Both the position numbers and the translations under genes were made by a program. 64,000 nt of DNA from Octopus sinensis (Eukaryota). Positions 39,695 through 50,843 of the stretch are shown in pieces. The stretch is from positions 14,384,001 through 14,448,000 of the forward strand of contig NC_043018.1 of assembly GCF_006345805.1 (NCBI RefSeq), in the 5' to 3' direction. How positions within the stretch are numbered: the first letter of the stretch is position 1; every line of letters starts with the position of its first letter. The notes under the pieces were generated by a model. It made no database searches and was not told the origin of the DNA. It saw only the letters and a program-made list of their open reading frames with translations.

Positions 39695-39862
39695 ACTATA
39701 TGTGGTAAGTAGCTTGATTACGAACCACATGATACGGGTTCAGTCCCACTGCATGGCAACTTGGGCAAGTATGTTCTACTATAACATCGGGCCAACCAAA
39801 GCCTTGTGAGTGGATTGGGTAGATGGAAACTGAAAGAAGCCCGTCGTATATATATATATATT

Positions 39863-39903
<41 letters not shown>

Positions 39904-40110
39904 TTGTGTGTGTCTGTGTATGTCCCCCCCAACGTCGCTTGACAACCGATGCTGGTGTGTTTACGTCCCTGTAACTTAGCAGTACAGCAAAAGAGACCGA
40001 TAGAATAAGTACTAGGCTTAGAAAGAATAAGTCCTAGGGTCGATTTGCTCGACTAAATGTGCTGCTCCAGCATGGCCACAGGCAAATGATGGAAACAAGT
40101 AAAAGAATAT
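39695..40110 (+). mobile_element. Octopus-type SINE
   Basis: tgtggtaagtagcttg...gggttcagtccc...gatggaaactgaaagaagcccgtcg...ccagcatggcc. Confidence 0.8.
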
Positions 40111-40357
40111 ATACGTATATATATAATTTATAACGTGTGTGTGTGTTTCCATATAGCTTTGCATTTTCATGATTTCTGCAATCTTTCTTCTTTTATATGT
40201 TTCAGACTTGCGGCTGTGGCCATGCTGGGGTACCCTATACTTACTTTTTTTATTTCCTTATGTCCTTCATAAGTAAAATAGTAGCATCAAGAAGAGAAGC
40301 CAAGCTTGGATTGTCGTCGTCGTCGTCATTATTATTATTAATATTATTATTATTATT

Positions 40358-41576
40358 CAGTAGTTTTATTTTTATAGCGTGCTCTCACTTCACAACCGAG
40401 CGTAGCTCTGTATGCCTTGGGTATGTGCTGTGATTTCTTGTGATGCTCTGATGGTTACTGTATGGAGAGTGTTCTGCGAAGGATGTGTGCAGTGCCTAGT
40501 AGTGCAATTTTCTGTATATTATATGTGTTTCTAAGTCCTGGTGTATTTGTTATGCATTTGCCTGAATATTTTTTTTTATCATGCCTAATGCACCTACTAT
40601 GATAGGAATTGTTTCTGTTTTTAGATTCCACATTCTGGTTACCTATATTTCCAGGTCTTTGTATTTTGAAAGTTTCTCCATTTCTTTTAGAGACACGTTG
40701 TCGCCTCCTCGTATTGATACATCAATTAGAAAGCATTTTCTTTTTCTTCATGATCTCTGACAACTATATCTGGTCTGTTGGCCTTAATTTCTCTATCTGT
40801 GTGTATTGGCATATCCCAGAGTATGGTTGCTTTCTCGTTTTCTCTGACCTTTTCTGGTGTGTGCCTATACTATCTTTTTTCTGTTGTTATTCCATAATGT
40901 TGGCATAGCTTCCAATGTATGTAGGTCCCAACTCTGTCGTGTCTGTGAATATATTCCTTCTTAGCCAGGACTGAGCAGCCAGATATAATATGATTTATTG
41001 TTTCTTGTCCATCTCCACATATTCTGCAGTTAGTTGTTATATTTCTTTTCTGGTGGGAATTTCTGGTGGGGAGGATTTGGTCTTGTGCTGATATTAAAAA
41101 TCCCTCTGTCTCTGCTTTGAGTCCTGAGCTTCTCAACCATTGCTGGGATATGTCTATTTCTTTTGCATTTAGTTTAGTCCAGTATTTTGCATGAAGGGGT
41201 TTTTCTTGCCATCGTTTTATTATGGTTCGTTGCTGTCCTATTTTTAGTTTGGATTTCATTTGTTTTATAGTTTTGTTTCTTCTTCTTCTTCTTCTTCTTC
41301 TTCTTCTTCTTCTTCTTCTTCTTCTTCTTCTTCTTCTTCTTCTTCTTCTTCTTCTTCTTCTTCTTCTTCTTCTTCGTTAGGTGGTATGATTTCTTTTTTG
41401 TACTTGTAAGCTACCTGAAATACTGAGAACAGTTTTTTGTTTTGCTCGTGTTTTGCCGCTATTTGTATCAGTTTTCCTTCCTTCTGAAGTAGATATTTTT
41501 GCAGTCCTATGGTGGTTATTTTATAGTAGTTTTCCAGCTGTATAAGGCCTCTACCACCTTCTATACGTTGTATATA
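40358..41576 (-). mobile_element. Dong/R4-like element, interrupted by a Helitron (continues 43634-43800)
   Basis: Same motifs as 14196-15360; 3' end followed by (AAT)n. Confidence 0.9.
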
Positions 41577-42091
41577 TCTCTTATTATAAAAGGCAGATTT
41601 TATCTGCCTCCCTTTGGGAGTTATACAAATCTACAATATAGGATTTCTTCAATTACAATTTACCTAGCAGTTTTAAGAGTACAATGCATCGCGTCATGCC
41701 AGGTCCAGTTTTTAAAATTTAAACTCCAATTAAGCAAAATTTACAGAAAACTCACATTCTGGTGTGTGTGTCAAATGCTTTTCTTAGTCTGGTTTACACC
41801 ACACGCAAACGCACACACACAGTGGGCAACGAATAAAATGAAAGTAATTGACTTACTGTAGTGAGTGATTCTTTCACTCTGCTTCCCACTTCCTCTTTCC
41901 ACACATACACACGCAAATATATAAATAAAATTGTAAGCTAACGTGCGTGTGTGTGAGTGGGTGTGTGTGGGTGTGCGCGTGTGTGTGTGTGTGTGAGGGT
42001 GCATGTGTGTGTGTGTGTGTGTGCGTGTGCGTGAGTGTGTGATAGGAAAGTTTTTTACGACGAATATAACACCTATATCCAAGTAGCAGAA

Positions 42092-42465
42092 AGATAAGAC
42101 AGTAAGGTGTGATTTGAGGGAGATTTGGCTGCTATTTCTACCATGTCTAGCTGCCATGTAGGGGTCTCCCTCATAGGCTCATACATACATATATACATAG
42201 ATAAGACAGTAAGGTGTGATTTGGGGGAAATTTGGCTGCTATTTCTACCAGGTCTAGCTGCCATGTAGGGGTCTCCCTCATAGGCTCATACATACATATA
42301 TACATAGATAAGACAGTAAGGTGTGATTTGGGGGAAATTTGGCTGCTATTTCTACCAGGTCTAGCTACCATGTAGAGGTCCCCCTCATTGGCTCATATAT
42401 ATATACATAGATAAGACAGTAAGGTGTGATTTGAGGGAGATTTGGCTGCTGTTTCTACCAGGTCT
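42092..42465. repeat. ~107-bp tandem repeat, ~3.6 units, built on a SINE-tail motif
   Basis: agataagacagtaaggtgtgatttg starts at 42092, 42199, 42306 and 42409. Confidence 0.92.
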
Positions 42466-42822
42466 GTTAGGCCTTCTCATGTAAACTCAAGCTTTCTCAT
42501 GCCTTGACCAAAGCAGAGAATGTATTCTTTTCTTCTTCTGCTTTTTCCAGCCATTGGTCTGTGGCCATGCTGGGGCAATGCCTTGAAGAATTGTAGTTTA
42601 ATGAATCAACTCCACTTTTATTTTTGTAAGCATTGTACTTATTCTATCTGTTTCCTTTGTCAAACCACTAGGTGACAGGGATGTAAACAAACCAACATTC
42701 GTTGTCAAGCAGTGGTGGAGGACAATCACAAGCACAGACACGCACACACACACACATACATGCATACACATATACACACATACATACATACATACATATA
42801 TATATATGTGTGTATATATATA

Positions 42823-43080
42823 TTGCAGCGTGGAAGGTGTTTGTAAGCCATTTAAGAAACACACAAAAACCGTTACATTCACTTCAACATTTAAATTTAA
42901 TTTGCCAAAATATTTTCGTCGCTTTGAGACCGCGACCTGTTCACTGACAAAAATATCGTGCTAACAGGTCGCGGTCTCAAAGCGATGAAAATATTTTGAC
43001 AAATAAATTTAAATGTTGAAGTGAATCTAACGGTTTTTGTGTGTTTCTTAAATGGCTTATAAACACCTTCAACGCTGCAA
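42823..43080. repeat. Imperfect inverted repeat with ~118-bp arms and a 21-nt loop
   Basis: ttgcagcg...gaccgcgacctgtt / aacaggtcgcggtc...cgctgcaa with few mismatches. Confidence 0.93.
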
Positions 43081-43802
43081 CTGTTTTCGTTCCAGCACAC
43101 GATCTCAGATCAAGTCACTTGCTATGCAAGTACATCTCTGTAACTATATATATATTTATATATATATATATATGTATATTGGTAAAAACAGTAAGATAAC
43201 AAAAGAAAGAGACCTCAATATTATGTAAATAGAGGAAATCTTTATATATAAAAGTGAGGTTGTGTGTCTGTCTCCTACGATTTAGATTCCTAACTACTCC
43301 CACATTTTGCGGTGCACTTTAACCAAAACCGGGTATCTTATAGTCGGGATTCATATCGAGACCGTCTGGGTATTAGCGCGCGTCTACGATGAGTCTACGA
43401 TTTAAAAAAAAATTTACCATCAATTTTTCCCATTTTTAATCCATTTTTGGCATATATAAGGGAAGTAACTCTCTAAAATTTATTATTAAATCTCAGAACG
43501 TAAAAAGCTACAGTAACACCCCTCCCCCTTTGTGGTTAGCCATATTGAGATGGCTATTATACTTTACATCTCTAAAAATGCTTATATAATTATTTCCCTT
43601 ACAAACCCGAGCAACGCCGGGCGATACTGCTAGTTGTATATATAACCTTTCTATGTCAGATTTTGGATGATGCATCCTAGATCCTGTCATTATGTTTCTT
43701 GTTTTCCTATCCATTTTGGTCAGTTCATTTAGTGTCCAGTTAAGGATATTGTAGCTGTAAATTATAACTGGGACGGCTAAAGTGTTAATACCTATTAAAT
43801 TG

Positions 43803-43884
<82 letters not shown>

Positions 43885-43887
<3 letters not shown>

Positions 43888-46638
43888 TAGTTTTATTTTT
43901 ATTTTTATAGCGTGCTTTCACTTCACTACCGAGCGCACCTCTGTGTGCCTTGGGTATGTGCTGTGATTTGTTGTGATGCTCTGATGGTTATTGTATGGAA
44001 AGTGTTCTGCGTAGGATGTGTGCAGTGCCTAGTAGTGCAATTTTCTGTATGTTATATGTGTTTGTAAGTCCTGGTGTTTTTGTTATGTATTTGTCTGAAT
44101 ATTTTTTTATCATGCCTAATGCACCTACTATGATAGGAATTGTTTCTGTTTTCAGATTCCACATTCTAGTTACCTCTATTTCCAGGTCTTTGTATTTTGA
44201 GAGTTTCTCCATTTCTTTTAGAGACACGTTGTCATCTGCCGGTACTGATACATCAATTAGAAAGCATTTTCTTTTTCTTCATGATCTCTGACAACTATAT
44301 CTGGTCTGTTGGCCTTAATTTCTCTATCTGTGTGTATCGGCATATCCCAGAGTATGGTTGCTTTCTCGTTTTCTGTGACCTTTTCTGGTGTGTGCCTATA
44401 CCATCTTTTTTCTGTTGTTATTCCATAATGTTGGCATAGCTTCCAATGTATGTAAGTTCCAACTCTGTCATGTCTGTGAATATATTCCTTCTTAGCCAGG
44501 ACTGGGCAGCTAGAGATAATATGATTTATTGTTTCTTGTCCATCTCCACATATTCTGCAGTTACTTGTAATATTTCTTTTCATTACATGTTTTTGGTAAT
44601 TTCTGGTGGGGAGGCTTTGGTCTTGTGCTGCAATTAAAAATCCCTCTGTCTCTGCTTTGAGTCCTGAGCTTCTCAACCATTGCTGGGATTTTTCTTTGTC
44701 TATTTCTTTTGCGTTTAGTTTAGTCCAGTATTTACCATGAAGGGGCTTTTCTTGCCATCGTTTTATCATGGTTCGTTGCTGTCCTATTTTTAGTTTGGAT
44801 TTCATTTTTTTAATAGCTTTTGTTGTTTCTTCATCTTCTTCTTCTTCTTCTTCATGTTTATTAGGTGGTATGATTTCTTGTTTGTATTTGTCAGCTTCCT
44901 TAAATACTGAGAACAGTTTTTTTGTTTTGCTCGTGTTTTGCCGCTATCTGGATCAGTTTTCCTTCCTTCTGAAGTAGATATTTTTGCAGTCCTATGGTGG
45001 TTATTTTATAGTAGTTTTCCAGCTGTATAAGGCCTCTACCACCTTGTATACGTTGTATATATAGTCTTTCTATGTCAGATTTTGGGTGATGCATCCTAGA
45101 TCCTGTCATTATTTTTCTTGTTTTCCTGTCTATTTTGGTCAGTTCATTTCGTGTCCAGTTAAGGATATTGTAGCTGTAACTTATAACTGGGACAGCTAAA
45201 GTGTTGATACCTATTATCTTGTTTTTAGCATTGAGCTCTGTGTTTAGTATTGATCTAACTCGTCTATAATATTCTTTTTTATTTTCTCTTTCATTTGTGT
45301 GTGTTGTGTCTTATCTAGTTCATGGATTCCTAAGTATTTGTAAGTTTGGCTTTGGTCTAATTCTTTTATTTCATTTGCTTCATCTAGTGTGATGTTGTTA
45401 CTCTTAACTAGTTTTCCTCTTTTCATGGTTACTTTGGCGCATTTTTCTAATCCAAATTTCATATCTATTTCTTTGGTAAATCCATGAACTGTCTTTAATA
45501 GTGTTTCCAGCTGTTTGTCATTTGCAGCGTATAGTTTTAGGTCATCCATATATAAAAGGTGGCTGATCGTTTTGCCGTAACATTTATATCCGCATCCAGT
45601 TCTATTTAGCATATCAGATAGAGGTGACAGTGCCAAGCAGAAAAGGAGTGGAGAGAGCGTGTCTCCCTGGAATATTTCTCTTCTAATGGGGATGGCTTTG
45701 GTTTTCATGAGTCCCTCTTTTGTTTGGAGGTGTAGGACTGTTTGCCATTTATTCATAGAGTGCTCTATGAATTTTATGATTGTTGGTGCTACTTTGTTAA
45801 TGGCTAGTGTTTCGAGGATCCATGTGTGGGGGATGCTATCAAACGCCTTTTTGTAGTCAATCCAGGCCATACTGAGGCCTTTCTTCTTTCTGTGGCTGTC
45901 TTCAGTTATGGCTTTATTAATCATTAGTTGATCTTTACAGCCATATGAGCCTTTGCGGCATCCTTTCTGCTCTTCTGGGAACAGTTTGTTTTCGTCCAGG
46001 TGCTTGTTCAGCCTTTGTGATATCACTGCAGTAAATGCCTTGAACATAGTAGGGAGACAGGTTATTGGTCTGTAGTTTTCTGGTTTTTCTGTTTCATTTG
46101 ATTTGGGAATTAAGATGGTTTTCCCCTTCGTGAGCCATTCAGGCATTGTCTCTGGCTCTGCTAGTACGTTGTTAAAGTTTTCAGCCAGCTTTTTGTGCAT
46201 TCCTGTTAGATATTTCAACCAGAAGTTGGGGATCTTGTCATGCCCAGGTGCCTTCCAGTTGCTTAGTCTTTGCAGTGCCTGGGTGACCTCTTCAGTTGTT
46301 ATGGGGGTCCAAGTTGTTCAGATGCCGAGTTTGTTATTTTGATACTCCTTTTTTTTGGTGGTTCGTTCGCCGACCATATTTCTCCCCAGAATTCTTCCAA
46401 TTCTTCTGCCGTTGGTGCTGCAGTGATTTCTATTTTATTTTTGCCCAGTTCTTGGTAGAACTTTTTGGGGTCGGAGTTGAACTTTTTGTTCTGTTCAAAG
46501 AAGCGTTGGCGTTTCTCGTACCGGCGGATCCTTTGAGCTTTGGCAAGGATATCTTGCTTCAGCTTTTCTTTTATCTCCGGCAAATCTTTTTCTGTGGTGT
46601 TATATTTGCGGAGCATTTTTGTTCTCTTTTTGTTGCTC

Positions 46639-46640
<2 letters not shown>
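43885..46640 (-). mobile_element. Longest Dong/R4-like non-LTR retrotransposon copy (5'-truncated, frameshifted), flanked by (ATT)n on both sides
   Basis: RPITCLPT, EQKGCRKG, WIDYKKAFDSIPH, IFQGDTLSPLLF, HLLYMDDLKL, YKYLG, CRIC...HIISSC, RPDIVV, EKLSKYKDL. Confidence 0.95.
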
Positions 46641-46669
<29 letters not shown>

Positions 46670-48128
46670 GGATTATTATTATTATTATTATTATTATTGT
46701 TATTGTTATTATTTTTTCCACACAGAATCATTTTTCTCTTCAGAATGTCGAAGGTAGTACTAGCCTACATTGTTTACAGGTTGCGTTACTAACTCATAGC
46801 GACCTGACAGAAATCCTACAAAAGGATTTATATTAATTTATATTAATATAGAGTTCCAGTTTTATCGAACAGTTTTGCTTCAGAATCTATTTTCAATAGA
46901 ATTTATATATTTTTCACTGTGTGTAGTTCAGTTCCTTTCCGACATTCTTACGAGCGTTCGTAACCTTGTTACCACTGTTATTACAACACCGTTATACAGC
47001 GGGAGATATTCTCGTCGCCACTGATATGTCCTACATTATGACAACGTATTCTGCCGCCTGCGTGACTGGCCCGTACGGCGTACCTCGCCGACTGACACTG
47101 CTTGCTGTGTCTGTCCACCATTTATCAGTAGTGGAACAGCCCACTTCTCACTTGGAGGTGTCCGCCACAACATGTATATACAATGAACTATCAACGAAAA
47201 CTCATAGACGCACGCGACATAATAATCCAACTGTTTCTTCCAATCCTTTACAACACACTCGATCATAAAAGCAAAACAACAGATATAGGAATCAAGATGT
47301 CCTCTGGTTCAACTCGATCTTCTGTTTGCATGTTTCAACCAAGATCGCTGGAAAACTTTTGGACAAAGGTTTTCCTAAATCTAATCGGTATCATGCTATT
47401 TTTAATAGGCTTACCGTGAAGGTCTCCTACGCTAACTCTGCTAATTTTGAGTATCTTATGCATCGTATGAACAGCAAAATGCGACGAATGTTCAATAACC
47501 CAACTACTGGATCTAGCGAGCATACGCATCTGAATACTAACAAAGGAGATCTAAACCGCAATGAAAAACACACCAGTTATGGTCAATGGTAGAAACACTT
47601 ATGATAGAGCTAACACGGTAACAACGTTGATAAATGGAGTCGGGACTGTCTTATATACAATTAAAAATGCGATAAATGCTCATGCAGAGAAAAATCAAAA
47701 TGTCCATTGATGAATCTTTGTATGAGTACAAATCTTGTATATAAATGTACCGTGCTTACAAGGAGATGGCCGCATGTTTACATTGAGCAGACTGCGGCGT
47801 CATTTATCGTAATCTTGTTGCCATCTTTAAGACAATCAATAAGACATCCTATATTTTTGGCTGATTTTGTCGACTTTTGCATCTAAATGATTTTTTCATA
47901 GGAGTATACACGGTAATTCATATGTTACTAGATACACAACATAAGGTGGTCATAAATAAAAAATGTCATTGACCATATGTCATCTGGATTGGGAATCACC
48001 TGGGTCTGAACAACAAATTTGATTTTTGCATCGATTTTTAGGAATCAATTATATATTGGCGTGTAAAAATACAAAGTATAAGCTTCATCGTGTTTCAATC
48101 CAAAATTTTGACGGTGAACGTTGGCGTA

Positions 48129-48326
48129 ACTTGGGACATAAATTTGATATAGCTTCAAATGGCTTGGGACATAAATTTGATATAGCTTCAAATGACTTGG
48201 GACATAAATTTGATATAGCTTCAAATGACTTGGGACATAAATTTGATATAGCTTCAAATGACTTGGGACATAAATTTGATATAGCTTCAAATGACTTGGG
48301 ACATAAATTTGATATAGCTTCAAATG
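48129..48326. repeat. 33-bp tandem repeat, six units, specific to the G3 copy
   Basis: acttgggacataaatttgatatagcttcaaatg x6; single unit near 6368-6401 and 30596-30630. Confidence 0.97.
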
Positions 48327-48470
48327 ACGTTTTCTATTCACTATTTCACACAGCTGTTGAATTACAAGAGATAAACATTGAATCAAATCGTATAAATCAT
48401 GCTGTTGCTATATATATATATGTATATATACATTTATATATATATGCATTTAAATATATATATATGCATT

Positions 48471-48544
<74 letters not shown>

Positions 48545-48630
48545 TATATAGATATATAGATATATATATATATATGTGTGTGTATATATATATTTTATAT
48601 ATATATATCTGTATGTATATATATGTATGC

Positions 48631-48696
<66 letters not shown>

Positions 48697-48914
48697 ATAA
48701 TATATATATTTATATTTATATATATTTTAAATGAATATTCGAAAGTGTATATGTGTGTAAACATAAAATATAAAGTGAGCAAATTCAGAAAACACCAAAG
48801 GAAACGACAGCTCGAGTAAGCACTGTTTAAAGCTGTTCACTGAATAACTAACACTACACAACCATCATCAACCAGTTTCGGCTTTGCACCTGAGAAAGAC
48901 TACTGAGCTCTTTG

Positions 48915-48922
48915 TATAAATA
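48915..48922 (+). promoter_or_regulatory. Candidate TATA box of G3
   Basis: TATAAATA upstream of all G3 exons; conserved in paralogs. Confidence 0.4.
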
Positions 48923-49815
48923 CCGTTCGAATCTAACAAGTATGTAAACATTTAAATTATTCATTGTGGCTGTTTGTGATTAAGTAATAGCAATAGACAG
49001 AGTATGTTATGGTAATGATGATGGTGGTAGTGGTAGAGCTTAAGCCGTTTGTAATTGCCGTATGTGTACCAATGCATAACATTCTTCTGGTATAAGTTGT
49101 ATACCTGGAGTACCTGTTCATCGATTTCTTTGCTTAGATCTTCCTTGCCGAGATTAGTAGCTGAATAGATAAAAGAAATTAGAGAGGCCGTTAATTAAAA
49201 TTCATACGTAATATTATGCTCTTTCAGATAGTGTTGTATTTCAGAAAAGGTCGATTGCGTAAGTTTGTGTGCGCAGATCAAATGACACATGTGTTTAACA
49301 GCAAACAATTATGTTTACTCAGGTATGGTGTTAGTTACTGCAGGTGCAACACGTTAATCAAATATGCAGTGAAATGTGCAGCAAAGACAGATTTGTGTTA
49401 TAGAAATAGAGAAAAATACTTTTGACAGTGTACAATTCACAAAGAACATTCTGTCAAATGCAAAGTGACACCTTACATATTGTTTGCAACAGAAATAATA
49501 ATAATATAGAAGTCAGAAAACCTTGAAGTAAGAACATTCATTCAGTTGTTAACAGTATGGAGAATGTTTACGGACAAACGCTTCGAAGGCGTCATCTTCA
49601 TCAAAATATATACTTAGATTCGTATTTTTGGTTTGGTAAATTAGCTTGCAATTAAATTAGCTATATTACTTGGTTTTTCAAATGGTAAATCTTGGATTTT
49701 CAGAACAGCTAAAGATAATCGTTACCTAAACTTCAGCTGTAGACTTCTGCTTCTTTGTAAGAAAAAAAATGCTTTTCTATTAATGACTCTCACTGCTATA
49801 TTTGTCTATCATCAG

Positions 49816-49885
49816 GTGCGTGATGAAAGGCATCAGGTCCTATTGTTTTGTGTATTCATTTCATACACCTTCTCGGTTAAACAAA
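49816..49885 (+). CDS. G3 signal-peptide exon (VRDERHQVLLFCVFISYTFSVKQ)
   Basis: Acceptor tcatcag, donor gtaagt, phase 0 to 1; in-frame ATG upstream at 49783; near-frame ATG at 49823. Confidence 0.65.
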
Positions 49886-50536
49886 GTAAGTATAATTGTA
49901 AATTTCTTTTATTTTATAATAATGTGAAATGTAGTGGGGAAAAAAAGGGGGAAAACAGAAAGGTGGAAAAAGAGGAAAATGAATAACGCTACCTCAGCGG
50001 TCTTTCGGTTATACTCCATTTATATGTTTTAACAGCTTTCAAAAAAAATAACTCACTTTTTATATACACTACTCTTAGACCGAGTATACGGATTTACGCT
50101 TCTTCTATATAATATATGACATTTAATTAACAAAATAAACTGACGAATCTTTTATATACAAATCGAGAAGAATTCTAGTGGTGTGCTCTCATCTGTTACT
50201 CCTGTATTTGATCAGAACGTAAGCACGAACGCAATTCCTCTAAGCATATTTTGTCGAGCTAACGATTCTTTTCACACACGCCGACGCCTTTAGAATTCTT
50301 CATTATTAAAATAATTAAGGGAAGAGAATCAGCAAATGATGTATATAATGTTTTATGTGTTGTTTTGTTTGTTTCTTGCCATTCCTTTTATTGCTCTTTT
50401 TTTGGTTTTTATCTCCTTTTATGTATTAAAAACATCCATCACTACAGAGATGAGCCATATTTAAGTGTAGGAGTGAGGAAATTCGAGTTCCGGTCGTCAT
50501 GATCCTCCATCTTGTTTCAGATGGTGTTACCATAAA

Positions 50537-50697
50537 TACATTCTCCTCTATTCAATGAATTATACATTATCCTCCATTTGATACATTCTCCTCTATTCAA
50601 TGAATTATACATTATCCTCCATTTGATACATTCTCGTCTATTCAATGAATTATACATTATCCTCCATTTGATACATTCTCCTCTATTCAATGAATTA
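50537..50697. repeat. 45-bp minisatellite, ~4 units
   Basis: Reverse complement of the 3625 unit. Confidence 0.95.
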
Positions 50698-50794
50698 CCT
50701 GTTGAGTGCTTCATGGGTATTTTGTGTATTTCTACACGAAATATCGGTAAATGGATATGTACTTCTTCCATATATATTTTAATATCTCTTTTAG

Positions 50795-50843
50795 ATGTCG
50801 CTCCCTACCATCAAGAGACAGGTTTGAGTGAAATGATTCGAAG
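50795..50843 (+). CDS. G3 propeptide exon (xVAPYHQETGLSEMIR)
   Basis: Acceptor atctcttttag, donor aag|gtaaga, 49 nt (phase 1 to 2). Joins the signal exon to the terminal exon in frame without correction. Confidence 0.75.

Larger units (their letters stand above)
41577..43633 (+). mobile_element. Composite Helitron (2057 bp) with captured filler DNA
   Basis: Starts TC, ends with a hairpin and CTAG, inserted at A|T. The exact empty site ttgtatata|ttgtatata is at 15184-15201. Contains a complete 395-bp Helitron at 43239-43633. Confidence 0.8.
23842..47870 (+). repeat. Direct segmental duplicate of 243-16675, expanded by lineage-specific insertions
   Basis: Colinear homology from the G1/G2 acceptor to gctgattttgt (16675 and 47870). 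Confidence 0.95.

Noticed and set aside
48026-48559. 177-aa ORF with [11 protein letters not shown] repeats
   Set aside because: Produced by the 33-bp tandem array plus (TA)n; not conserved in paralogs.
48941-49011. Signal-peptide-like frame M*TFKLFIVAVCD*VIAIDRVCY
   Set aside because: In-frame stops in all three gene copies and no in-frame ATG in the orphan copies; hydrophobicity is explained by AT-rich codons.
49228-49258. 31-nt exon read as a coding propeptide DSVVFQKRSIA with a KR site
   Set aside because: It lies upstream of the signal-peptide exon and its phases do not join that exon in a productive frame; kept only as a possible UTR exon.
49556-49636. Possible extra exon MENVYGQTLRRRHLHQNIYLDSYFWF
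   Set aside because: The donor site exists only in G3, indels in G1 break the frame, and it precedes the signal exon.
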